Source: Eledone cirrhosa (lineage: Eukaryota). From it: 64,000 nt of DNA. This document shows positions 29,210 through 44,500 of this stretch, piece by piece. Location: positions 48,112,001 to 48,176,000 of the forward strand of contig OZ024744.1 in NCBI GenBank assembly GCA_964016885.1, given 5' to 3'. The notes beneath the pieces are model-generated. The model saw only the letters and a program-made list of their open reading frames with translations. It did no database searches and was not told the DNA's origin. Both the position numbers and the translations under genes were made by a program. Within the stretch, counting starts at the first letter, position 1. Each line of letters opens with the position of its first letter.

Positions 29210-32200
29210 CAACCATATCACATTAGACTATCAAGACCTGAACTCCAACCACATTAGACTATCAAGACCAGAACTCCAACCACATTAGACTATCAAGAGA
29301 AGAACACCAACCACATCACATTAGACTATCAAGACCAGAACTCCAACCACATTAGACTATCAAGACCAGAACACCAACCACATTAGACTATCAAGACCAG
29401 AACTCCAACCACATTAGACTATCAAGACCAGAACACCAACCACATTAGACTATCAAGACCAGAACACCAACCACATCACATTTGACTATCAAGACCAGAA
29501 CACCAACCACATCACATTAGACTATCAAGACCAGAAAACCAACCACATCACATTAGACTATCAAGACCAGAACACCAACCACATCACATTAGTCTATCAA
29601 AACCAGAACACCAACCACATTAGACTATCAAGACCAGAACACCAACCACATCACATTAGACTATCAAGACCAGAACACCAACCACATTATACTATCAAGA
29701 CCAGAACACCAACCACATTAGACTATCAAGACCAGAACACCAACCACATCACATTAGACTATCAAGACCAGAACACCAACCACATTAGACTATCAAGACC
29801 AGAACACCAACCACATTAGACTATCAAGACCAGAACACCAACCACATTAGACTATCAAGACCAGAACACCAACCACATCACATTAGACTATCAAGACCAG
29901 AACACCAACCACATTAGACTATCAAGACCAGAACACCAACCACATTAGACTATCAAGACCAGAACACCAACCACATTAGACTATCAAGACCAGAACACCA
30001 ACCACATCACATTAGACTATCAAGACCAGAACACCAACCACATTAGACTATCAAGACCAGAACACCAACCACATTAGACTATCAAGACCAGAACACCAAC
30101 CACATCACATTAGACTATCAAGACCAGAACACCAACCACATTAGACTATCAAGACCAGAACACCAACCACATTAGACTATCAAGACCATAACACCAACCA
30201 CATCACATCAGACTATCAAGAGCAGAACACCAACCACATTAGACTATCAAGACCAGAACACCAACCACATTAGACAATCAAGAACAGAACTCCAACCACA
30301 TTACAATATCAAGACCAGAACACCAACCACATCACATTAGACTATCAAGACCAGAACACCAACCACATCACATTAGACTATCAAGACCAGAACACCAACC
30401 ACATTAGACTATCATGACCAGAACACCAACCACATTAGACTATCAAGATCATAACACCAACCACATCACATCAGACTATCAAGAGCAGAACACCAACCAC
30501 ATTAGACTATCAAGACCAGAACACCAACCACATTAGACTATCAAGACCAGAACACCAACCACATTAGACTATCAAGACCAGAACACCAACCACATTAGAC
30601 TATCAAGACCAGAACACCAACCACATTAGACTATCAAGACCAGAACACCAACCACATTAGACTATCAAGACCAGAACACCAACCACATTAGACTATCAAG
30701 ACCAGAACACCAACCACATCACATAAGACTATCAAGACCAGAACATAAACCACATCACATTAGACTATCAAGACCAGAACACCAACCACATCACATTAGA
30801 CTATCAAGACCAGAACACCAACCACATCACATTAGACTATCAAGACCTGAACACCAACCACATCACATTAGACTATCAAGACCAGAACACCAACAACATC
30901 ACATTAGACTATCAAGACCAGAACACCAACCACATTAGACTATCAAGAACAGAACACCAACAACATTAGACTATCAAGACCATAACACCAACCACATTAG
31001 ACTATCAAGAACAGAACACCAACCACATTAGACTATCAAGACCAGAACACCAACAACAATAGACTATCAAGACCAGAACACCAACCACATTAGACTATCA
31101 AGAACAGAACACCAACCACATTAGACTATCAAGACAAGAACACCAACCACATTAGACTATCAAGAACAGAACACCAACCACATTAGACTATCAAGAACAG
31201 AACACCAACCACATTAGACTATCAAGACCAGAACACCAACCACATCACATTAGCCTATCAAGAACAGAACACCAACCACATTAGACTATCAAGACCAGAA
31301 CACCAACCACATTAGACTATCAAAACCAGAACACCAACCACATCACATTAGACTATCAAGACCAGAACACCAACCACATTAGACTATCAAGACCAGAACA
31401 CCAACCACATCACATTAGAATATCCAGACCAGAACACCAACCATATCACATTAGACTATCAAGACCTGAACACCAACAACATCACATTAGACTATCAAGA
31501 CCAGAACACCAACAACATCACATTAGACTATCAAGACCAGAACACCAACCACATTAGACTATCAAGAACATAACACCAACAACATTAGACTATCAAGAAC
31601 ATAACACCAACCACATTAGACTATCAAGAACAGAACACCAACCACATTAGACTATCAAGAACAGAATACCAACCACATTAGACTATCAAGACCAGAACAC
31701 CAACAACATCACATTAGCCTATCAAGAACAGAACACCAACCACATTAGACTATCAAGACCAGAACACCAACCACATTAGACTATCAAGACCAGAACACCA
31801 ACCACATCACATTAGACTATCAAGACCAGAACACCAACCACATTAGACTATCAAGACCAGAACACCAACCACATCACATTAGAATATCAAGACCAGAACA
31901 CCAATCACATCACATTAGACTATCAAGACCTGAACACCAACCACATCACATTAGACTATCAACACCAGAACACCAACAACATCACATTAGACTATCAAGA
32001 CCAGAACACCAACCACATTAGACTATCAAGAACATAACACCAGCAACATTAGACTATCAAGACCATAACACCAACCACATTAGACTATCAAGAACAGAAC
32101 ACCAACCACATTAGACTATCAAGACCAGAACACCAACAACAATAGACTATCAAGACCCGAACACCAACCACATTAGACTATCAAGAACAGAACACCAACC

Positions 32201-35200
32201 ATATTAGACTATCAAGACCAGAACACCAACCACATTAGACTATCAAGAACAGAACACCAACCACATTAGACTATCAAGAACAGAACACCAACCACATTAG
32301 ACTATCAAGACCAGAACAACAACCACATTAGACTATCAAGACCAGAACACCAACCACATCACATTAGACTATCAAGACCAGAACACCAACCACATTAGAC
32401 TATCAAGACCAGAACACCAACCACATCACATTAGACTATCAAGACCAGAACACCAACCACATTAGACTATCAAGACCAGAACACCAACCACATCACATTA
32501 GACTATCAAGACCAGAACACCAACCACATCACATTAGACTATCAAGACCTGAACACCAACCACATCACATTAGACTATCAAGACCAGAACACCAACAACA
32601 TCACATTAGACTATCAAGACCAGAACACCAACCACATTAGACTATCAAGAACAGAACACCAACAACATTAGACTATCAAGACCATAACACCAACCACATT
32701 AGACTATCAAGAACAGAACACCAACCACATTAGACTATCAAGACCAGAACACCAACAACAATAGACTATCAAGACCAGAACACCAACCACATTAGACTAT
32801 CAAGAACAGAACACCAACCACATTAGACTATCAAGACCAGACCACCAACCACATTAGACTATCAAGAACAGAATACCAACCACATTAGACTATCAAGAAC
32901 AGAACACCAACCACATTAGACTATCAAGACCAGAACACCAACCACATCACATTAGCCTATCAAGAACAGAACACCAACCACATTAGACTATCAAGACCAG
33001 AACACCAACCACATTAGACTATCAAAACCAGAACACCAACCACATCACATTAGACTATCAAGACCAGAACACCACCCACATTAGACTATCAAGACCAGAA
33101 CACCAACCACATCACATTAGAATATCAAGACCAGAACACCAACCATCTCACATTAGACTATCAAGACCTGAATACCAACCACATCACATTAGACTATCAA
33201 GACCAGAACACCAACAACATCACATTAGACTATCAAGACCAGAACACAAACCACATTAGACTATCAAGAACATAACACCAACAACATTAGACTATCAAGA
33301 CCATAACACCCACCACATTAGACTATCAAGAACAGAATACCAACCACATTAGACTATCAAGACCAGAACACCAACAACAATAGACTATCAAGACCAGAAC
33401 ACCAACCACATTAGACTATCAAGAACAGAACACCAACCACATTAGACTATCAAGACCAGAACACCAACCACATTAGACTATCAAGAACAGAACACCAACC
33501 ACACTAGACTATCAAGAACAGAACACCAACCACATTAGTCTATCAAGACCAGAACACCAACCACATCACATTAGCCTATCAAGAACAGAACACCAACCAC
33601 ATTAGACTATCAAGACCAGAACACCAACCACATTAGACTATCAAGACAAGAACACCAACCACATCACATTAGACTATCAAGACCAGAACACCAACCACAT
33701 CAGATTAGACTATCCTGACCAGAACACCAACCACATTAGACTATCAAGAACAGAACTCCAACCACATTACACTATCAAGACCAGAACTCCAACCACATCA
33801 CATTAGACTATCAAGACCAGAACACCAACCACATCACATTAGACTATCAAGACCAGAACACCAACCACATTAGACTATCATGACCAGAACACCAACCACA
33901 TTAGACTATCAAGACCATAACACCAACCACATCACATCAGACTATCAAGAGCAGAACACCAACCACATTAGACTATCAAGACCAGAACACCAACCACATT
34001 AGACTATCAAGACCATAACACCAACCACATTAGACTATCAAGACCAGAACACCAACCACATTAGACTATCAAGACCAGAACACCAACCACATTAGACTAT
34101 CAAGACCAGAACACCAACCACATTAGACTATCAAGACCAGAACACCAACCACATTAGACTATCAAGACCAGAACACCAACCACATTAGACTATCAAGACC
34201 AGAACACCAACCACATTAGACTATCAAGACCAGAACACCAACCACATTAGACTATCAAGACCAGAACACCAACCACATTAGACTATCAAGACCAGAACAC
34301 CAACCACATCACATAAGACTATCAAGACCAGAACATAAACCACATCACATTAGACTATCAAGACCAGAACACCAACCACATCACATTAGACTATCAAGAC
34401 CAGAACACCAACCACATCACATTAGACTATCAAGACCTGAACACCAACCACATCACATTAGACTATCAAGACCAGAACACCAACAACATCACATTAGACT
34501 ATCAATACCAGAACACCAACCACATTAGACTATCAAGAACAGAACACCAACAACATTAGACTATCAAGACCATAACACCAACCACATTAGACTATCAAGA
34601 ACAGAACACCAACCACATTAGACTATCAAGACCAGAACACCAACAACAATAGACTATCAAGACCAGAACACCAACCACATTAGACTATCAAGAACAGAAC
34701 ACCAACCACATTAGACTATCAAGACAAGAACACCAACCACATTAGAGTATTAAGAACAGAACACCAACCACATTAGACTATCAAGAACAGAACACCAACC
34801 ACATTAGACTATCAAGACCAGAACACCAACCACATCACATTAGCCTATCAAGAACAGAACACCAACCACATTAGACTATCAAGACCAGAACTCCAACCAC
34901 ATTAGACTATCAAAACCAGAACACCAACCACATCACATTAGACTATCAAGACCAGAACACCAACCACATTAGACTATCAAGACCAGAACACCAACCACAT
35001 CACATTAGAATATCCAGACCAGAACACCAACCATATCACATTAGACTATCAAGATCTGAACACCAACCACATCACATTAGAATATCAAGACCAGAACACC
35101 AACAACATCACATTAGACTATCAAGACCAGAACACCAACCACATTAGACTATCAAGAACATAACACCAACAACATTAGACTATCAAGACCAGAACACCAA

Positions 35201-35600
35201 CAACATTAGACTATCAAGACCAGAACACCAACCACATTAGACTATCAAGAACAGAAGACCAACCACATTAGACTATCAAGAACAGAACACCAACCACATT
35301 AGACTATCAAGACCAGAACACCAACAACATCACATTAGCCTATCAAGAACACCAACCACATTAGACTATCAAGACCAGAACACCAACCACATTAGACTAT
35401 CAAGACCAGAACACCAACCACATCACATTAGACTATCAATACCAGAACACCAACCACATTAGACTATCAAGACCAGAACACCAACCACATCACATTAGAA
35501 TATCAAGACCAGAACACCAACCACATCACATTAGACTATCAAGACCTGAACACCAACCACATCACATTAGACTATCAACACCAGAACACCAACAACATCA
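29210..35600 (+). repeat. Copy of ~19390-25750 (offset ~9.7-9.9 kb)
   Basis: GACCTGAACTCC 19411/29231, GACCCGAAC 22447/32154, CACTAG 23728/33502, TTAGAGTAT 24871/34738, AGATCT 25185/35052. Confidence 0.88.
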
Positions 35601-38600
35601 CATTAGACTATCAAGACCAGAACACCAACCACATTAGACTATCAAGAACATAACACCAGCAACATTAGACTATCAAGACCATAACACCAACCACATTAGA
35701 CTATCAAGAACAGAACACCAACCACATTAGACTATCAAGACCAGAACACCAACAACAATAGACTATCAAGACCAGAACACCAACCACATTAGACTATCAA
35801 GAACAGAACACCAACCACATTAGACTATCAAGACCAGAACACCAACCACATTAGACTATCAAGAACAGAACACCAACCACATTAGACTATCAAGAACAGA
35901 ACACCAACCACATTAGACTATCAAGACCAGAACAACAACCACATTAGACTATCAAGACCAGAACACCAACCACATCACATTAGACTATCAAGACCAGAAC
36001 ACCAACCACATTAGACTATCAAGACCAGAACACCAACCACATCACATTAGACTATCAAGACCAGAACACCAACCACATCACATTAGACTATCAAGACCTG
36101 AACACCAACCACATCACATTAGACTATCAAGACCATAACACCAACCACATTAGACTATCAAGAACAGAACACCAATCATATTAGACTATCAAGACCAGAA
36201 CACCAAAAACAATAGACTATCAAGACCAGAACACCAACCACATTAGACTATCAAGAACAGAACACCAACCACATTAGACTATCAAGACCAGAACACCAAC
36301 CACATTAGACTATCAAGAACAGAACACCAACCACATTAGACTATCAAGAACAGAACACCAACCACATTAGACTATCAAGCCCAGAACACCAACCACATCA
36401 CATTAGCCTATCAAGAACAGAACACCAACCACATTAGACTATCAAGACCAGAACACCAACCACATTAGACTATCAAAACCAGAACACCAACCACATCACA
36501 TTAGACTCTCAAGACCAGAACACCAACCACATTAGACTATCAAGACCAGAACACCAACCACATCACATTAGAATATCCAGACCAGAACACCAACCATATC
36601 ACATTAGACTATCAAGACCTGAACACCAACCACATCACATTAGACTATCAAGACCAGAACACCAACAACATCACATTAGACTATCAAGACCAGAACACCA
36701 ACCACATTAGACTATCAAGAACATAACACCAACAACATTAGACTATCAAGAACATAACACCAACCACATTAGACTATCAAGAACAGAACACCAACCACAT
36801 TAGACTATCAAGAACAGAACACCAACCACATTAGACTATCAAGACCAGAACACCAACAACATCACATTAGCCTATCAAGAACAGAACACCAACCACATTA
36901 GACTATCAAGACCAGAACACCAACCACATTAGACTATCAAGACCAGAACACCAACCACATCACATTAGACTATCAAGACCAGAACACCAACCACATTAGA
37001 CTATCAAGACCAGAACACCAACCACATCACATTAGAATATCAAGACCAGAACACCAACCACATCACATTAGACTATCAAGACCTGAACACCAACCACATC
37101 ACATTAGACTATCAACACCAGAACACCAACAACATCACATTAGACTATCAAGACCAGAACACCAACCACATTAGACTATCAAGAGCATAACACCAGCAAC
37201 ATTAGACTATCAAGACCATAACACCAACCACATTAGACTATCAAGAACAGAACACCAACCACATTAGACTATCAAGACCAGAACACCAACAACAATAGAC
37301 TATCAAGACCAGAACACCAACCACATTAGACTAACAAGAACAGAACACCAACCACATTAGACTATCAAGACCAGAACACCAACCACATTAGACTATCAAG
37401 AACAGAACACCAACCACATTAGACTATCAAGAACAGAACACCAACCACATTAGACTATCAAGACCAGAACAACAACCACATTAGACTATCAAGACCAGAA
37501 CACCCACCACATCACATTAGACTATCAAGACCAGAACACCAACCACATTAGACTATCAAGACCAGAACACCAACCACATCACATTAGACTATCAAGACCA
37601 GAACACCAACCACATCACATTAGACTATCAAGACCTGAACACCAACCACATCACATTAGACTATCAAGACCAGAACACCAACAACATCACATTAGACTAT
37701 CAAGACCAGAACACCAACCACATTAGACTATCAAGAACAGAACACCAACAACATTAGACTATCAAGACCATACCACCAACCACATTAGACTATCAAGAAC
37801 AGAACACCAACCACATTAGACTATCAAGACCAGAACACCAACAACAATAGACTATCAAGACCAGAACACCAACCACATTAGACTATCAAGAACAGAACAC
37901 CAACCACATTAGACTATCAAGACAAGAACACCAACCACATTAGACTATCAAGAACAGAACACCAACCACATTAGACTATCAAGAACAGAACACCAACCAC
38001 ATTAGACTATCAAGACCAGAACACCAACCACATCACATTAGCCTATCAAGAACAGAACACCAACCACATTAGACTATCAAGACCAGAACACCAACCACAT
38101 TAGACTATCAAAACCAGAACACCAACCACATCACATTAGACTATCAAGACCAGAACACCAACCACATTAGACTATCAAGACCAGAACACCAACCACATCA
38201 CATTAGAATATCCAGACCAGAACACCAACCATATCACATTAGACTATCAAGACCTGAACACCAACCACATCACATTAGACTATCAAGACCAGAACACCAA
38301 CAACATCACATTAGAATATCAAGACCAGAACACCAACCACATTAGACTATCAAGAACATAACACCAACAACATTAGACTATCAAGAACATAACACCAACC
38401 ACATTAGACTATCAAGAACAGAACACCAACCACATTAGACTATCAAGAACAGAACACCAACCACATTAGACTATCAAGACCAGAACACCAACAACATCAC
38501 ATTAGACTATCAAGAACAGAACACCAACCACATTAGACTATCAAGACCAGAACACCAACCACATTAGACTATCAAGACCAGAACACCAACCACATCACAT

Positions 38601-39790
38601 TAGACTATCAAGACCAGAACACCAACCACATTAGACTATCAAGACCAGAACACCAACCACATCACATTAGAATATCAAGACCAGAACACCAACCACATCA
38701 CATTAGACTATCAAGACCTGAACACCAACCACATCACATTAGACTATCAACACCAGAACACCAACAACATCACATTAGACTATCAAGACCAGAACACCAA
38801 CCACATTAGACTATCAAGAACATAACACCAGCAACATTAGACTATCAAGACCATAACACCAACCACATTAGACTATCAAGAACAGAACACCAACCACATT
38901 AGACTATCAAGACCAGAACACCAACAACAATAGACTATCAAGACCAGAACACCAACCACATTAGACTATCAAGAACAGAACACCAACCATATTAGACTAT
39001 CAAGACCAGAACACCAACCACATTAGACTATCAAGAACAGAACACCAACCACATTAGACTATCAAGAACAGAACACCAACCACATTAGACTATCAAGACC
39101 AGAACAACAACCACATTAGACTATCAAGACCAGAACACCAACCACATCACATTAGACTATCAAGACCAGAACACCAACCACATTAGACTATCAAGACCAG
39201 AACACCAACCACATCACATTAGACTATCAAGACCAGAACACCAACCACATCACATTAGACTATCAAGACCTGAACACCAACCACATCACATTAGACTATC
39301 AAGACCAGAACACCAACAACATCACATTAGACTATCAAGACCAGAACACCAACCACATTAGACTATCAAGAACAGAACACCAACAACATTAGACTATCAA
39401 GACCATAACACCAACCACATTAGACTATCAAGAACAGAACACCAACCACATTAGACTATCAAGACCAGAACACCAACAACAATAGACTATCAAGACCAGA
39501 ACACCAACCACATTAGACTATCAAGAACAGAACACCAACCACATTAGACTATCAAGACCAGACCACCAACCACATTAGACTATCAAGAACAGAATACCAA
39601 CCACATTAGACTATCAAGAACAGAACACCAACCACATTAGACTATCAAGACCAGAACACCAACCACATCACATTAGCCTATCAAGAACAGAACACCAACC
39701 ACATTAGACTATCAAGACCAGAACACCAACCACATTAGACTATCAAAACCAGAACACCAACCACATCACATTAGACTATCAAGACCAGAA
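35230..39790 (+). repeat. Dispersed near-identical copy of ~14760-19320 (offset 20,471)
   Basis: 26-bp unit 14867/35338, CCAATCATAT 15701/36172, ACCAAAAACAATAG 15731/36202, AAGCCCAG 15901/36372, TAACAAG 16861/37332 and GACCAGACC 19081/39552, all at the same offset. Confidence 0.9.
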
Positions 39791-41520
39791 CACCAACCAC
39801 ATTAGACTATCAAGACCAGAACACCAACCACATCACATTAGAATATCCAGACCAGAACACCAACCATATCACATTAGACTATCAAGACCTGAACACCAAC
39901 CACATCACATTAGACTATCAAGACCAGAACACCAACAACATCACATTAGAATATCAAGACCAGAACACCAACCACATTAGACTATCAAGAACATAACACC
40001 AACAACATTAGACTATCAAGAACATAACACCAACCACATTAGACTATCAAGAACAGAACACCAACCACATTAGACTATCAAGAACAGAACACCAACCACA
40101 TTAGACTATCAAGACCAGAACACCAACAACATCACATTAGACTATCAAGAACAGAACACCAACCACATTAGACTATCAAGACCAGAACACCAACCACATT
40201 AGACTATCAAGACCAGAACACCAACCACATCACATTAGACTATCAAGACCAGAACACCAACCACATTAGACTATCAAGACCAGAATACCAACCACATCAC
40301 ATTAGAATATCAAGACCAGAACACCAACCACATCACATTAGACTATCAAGACCTGAACACCAACCACATCACATTAGACTATCAACACCAGAACACCAAC
40401 AACATCACATTAGACTATCAAGACCAGAACACCAACCACATTAGACTATCAAGAACATAACACCAGCAACATTAGACTATCAAGACCATAACACCAACCA
40501 CATTAGACTATCAAGAACAGAACACCAACCACATTAGACTATCAAGACCAGAACACCAACAACAATAGACTATCAAGACCAGAACACCAACCACATTAGA
40601 CTATCAAGAACAGAACACCAACCATATTAGACTATCAAGACCAGAACACCAACCACATTAGACTATCAAGAACAGAACACCAACCACATTAGACTATCAA
40701 GAACAGAACACCAACCACATTAGACTATCAAGACCAGAACAACAACCACATTAGACTATCAAGACCAGAACACCAACCACATCACATTAGACTATCAAGA
40801 CCAGAACACCAACCACATTAGACTATCAAGACCAGAACACCAACCACATCACATTAGACTATCAAGACCAGAACACCAACCACATCACATTAGACTATCA
40901 AGACCTGAACACCAACCACATCACATTAGACTATCAAGACCAGAACACCAACAACATCACATTAGACTATCAAGACCAGAACACCAACCACATTAGACTA
41001 TCAAGAACAGAACACCAACAACATTAGACTATCAAGACCATAACACCAACCACATTAGACTATCAAGAACAGAACACCAACCACATTAGACTATCAAGAC
41101 CAGAACACCAACAACAATAGACTATCAAGACCAGAACACCAACCACATTAGACTATCAAGAACAGAACACCAACCACATTAGACTATCAAGACCAGACCA
41201 CCAACCACATTAGACTATCAAGAACAGAATACCAACCACATTAGACTATCAAGAACAGAACACCAACCACATTAGACTATCAAGACCAGAACACCAACCA
41301 CATCACATTAGCCTATCAAGAACAGAACACCAACCACATTAGACTATCAAGACCAGAACACCAACCACATTAGACTATCAAAACCAGAACACCAACCACA
41401 TCACATTAGACTATCAAGACCAGAACACCACCCACATTAGACTATCAAGACCAGAACACCAACCACATCACATTAGAATATCAAGACCAGAACACCAACC
41501 ATATCACATTAGACTATCAA
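37080..41520 (+). repeat. About 2.7 tandem copies of a 1,635-bp 50-monomer higher-order repeat
   Basis: Marker CAGC of ACCAGCAAC at 37194, 38829 and 40464 (spacing 1635). ACAATAG at 37292/37844, 38927/39479 and 40562/41114 (alternating 552/1083). Confidence 0.9.
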
Positions 41521-44500
41521 GACCTGAACACCAACCACATCACATTAGACTATCAAGACCAGAACACCAACAACATCACATTAGACTATCAAGACCAGAA
41601 CACAAACCACATTAGACTATCAAGAACATAACACCAACAACATTAGACTATCAAGACCATAACACCCACCACATTAGACTATCAAGAACAGAATACCAAC
41701 CACATTAGACTATCAAGACCAGAACACCAACAACAATAGACTATCAAGACCAGAACACCAACCACATTAGACTATCAAGAACAGAACACCAACCACATTA
41801 GACTATCAAGACCAGAACACCAACCACATTAGACTATCAAGAACAGAACACCAACCACACTAGACTATCAAGAACAGAACACCAACCACATTAGTCTATC
41901 AAGACCAGAACACCAACCACATCACATTAGCCTATCAAGAACAGAACACCAACCACATTAGACTATCAAGACCAGAACACCAACCACATTAGACTATCAA
42001 GACAAGAACACCAACCACATCACATTAGACTATCAAGACCAGAACACCAACCACATCAGATTAGACTATCCTGACCAGAACACCAACCACATTAGACTAT
42101 CAAGAACAGAACTCCAACCACATTACACTATCAAGACCAGAACACCAACCACATCACATTAGACTATCAAGACCAGAACACCAACCACATCACATTAGAC
42201 TATCAAGACCAGAACACCAACCACGTTAGACTATCATGACCAGAACACCAACCACATTAGACTATCAAGACCATAACACCAACCACATCACATCAGACTA
42301 TCAAGAGCAGAACACCAACCACATTAGACTATCAAGACCAGAACACCAACCACATTAGACTATCAAGACCAGAACACCAACCACATTAGACTATCAAGAC
42401 CAGAACACCAACCACATTAGACTATCAAGACCAGAACACCAACCACATTAGACTATCAAGACCAGAACACCAACCACATTAGACTATCAAGACCAGAACA
42501 CCAACCACATTAGACTATCAAGACCAGAACACCAACCACATTAAACTATCAAGACCAGAACACCAACCACATCACATAAGACTATCAAGACCAGAACATA
42601 AACCACATCACATTAGACTATCAAGACCAGAACACCAACCACATCACATTAGACTATCAAGACCAGAACACCAACCACATCACATTAGACTATCAAGACC
42701 TGAACACCAACCACATCACATTAGAATATCCAGACCAGAACACCAACCATATCACATTAGACTATCAAGATCTGAACACCAACCACATCACATTAGAATA
42801 TCAAGACCAGAACACCAACAACATCACATTAGACTATCAAAACCAGAACACCAACCACATTAGACTATCAAGAACATAACACCAACAACATTAGACTATC
42901 AAGACCAGAACACCAACAACATTAGACTATCAAGACCAGAACACCAACCACATTAGACTATCAAGAACAGAACACCAACCACATTAGACTATCAAGAACA
43001 GAACACCAACCACATTAGACTATAAAGACCAGAACACCAACAACATCACATTAGCCTATCAAGAACAGAACACCAACCTCATTAGACTATCAAGACCAGA
43101 ACACCAACCACATTAGACTATCAAGACCAGAACACCAACCACATCACATTAGACTATCAATACCAGAACACCAACAACATTAGACTATCAAGACCAGAAC
43201 ACCAACCACATCACATTAGAATATCAAGACCAGAACACCAACCACATCACATTAGACCATCAAGACCAGAACACCAACCACATCACATAAGACTATCAAG
43301 ACCAGAACACCAACCGCATCACATTAGACTATCAAGACCAGAACACCAACCACATTAGACTATCAAGACCAGAACTCCAACCACATTAGACTATCAAGAC
43401 CAGAACACCAACCACATTAGACTATCAAGACCAGAACACCAACCACATCACATAAGACTATCAAGACCAGAACATAAACCACATCACATTAGACTATCAA
43501 GAGCAGAACACCAACCACATCACATTAGACTATCAAGACCAGAACACCAACCACATCACATTAGACTATCAAGACCAGAACACTAACCCCATTAGACTAT
43601 CAAGACCAGAACACCAACCACATTAGACTATCAAGACCAGAACACCAACCACATTAGACTATCAAGACCAGAACACCAACCACATCACATTAGACTATCA
43701 AGACCAGAACACCAACCACATTAGACTATCAAGACCAGAACACCAACAATATCATTTTAGACTATCAAGACCAGAACACCAACCACATTAGACTATCAAG
43801 ACCAGAACACCAACAACATTAGACTATCAAGACCAGAACACCAACCACATCACATTAGACTATCAAGACCAGAACACCAACCACGTTAGACTATCAAGAC
43901 CAGAACACCAACCACATCACATTAGCCTATCAAGAACAGAACACCAACCACATTAGACTATCAAGACCAGAACACCAACCACATTAGACTATCAAAACCA
44001 GAACACCAACCACATCACATTAGACTATCAAGACCAGAACACCAACCACATTAGACTATCAAGACCAGAACACCAACCACATCACATTAGAATATCCAGA
44101 CCAGAACACCAACCATATCACATTATACTATCAAGACCTGAACACCAACCACATCACATTAGACTATCAAGACCTGAACACCAACCACATCACATTAGAC
44201 TATCAAGACCAGAACACCAACCACATCACATTAGACTATCAAGACCTGAACACCAACCACATCACATTAGACTATCAAGACCAGAACACCAACAACATCA
44301 CATTAGACTATCAAGACCAGAACACCAACCACATTAGACTATCAAGAACAGAACACCAACAACATTAGACTATCAAGACCATACCACCAACCACATTAGA
44401 CTATCAAGAACAGAACACCAACCACATTAGACTATCAAGACCAGAACACCAACAACAATAGACTATCAAGACCAGAACACCAACCACATTAGACTATCAA

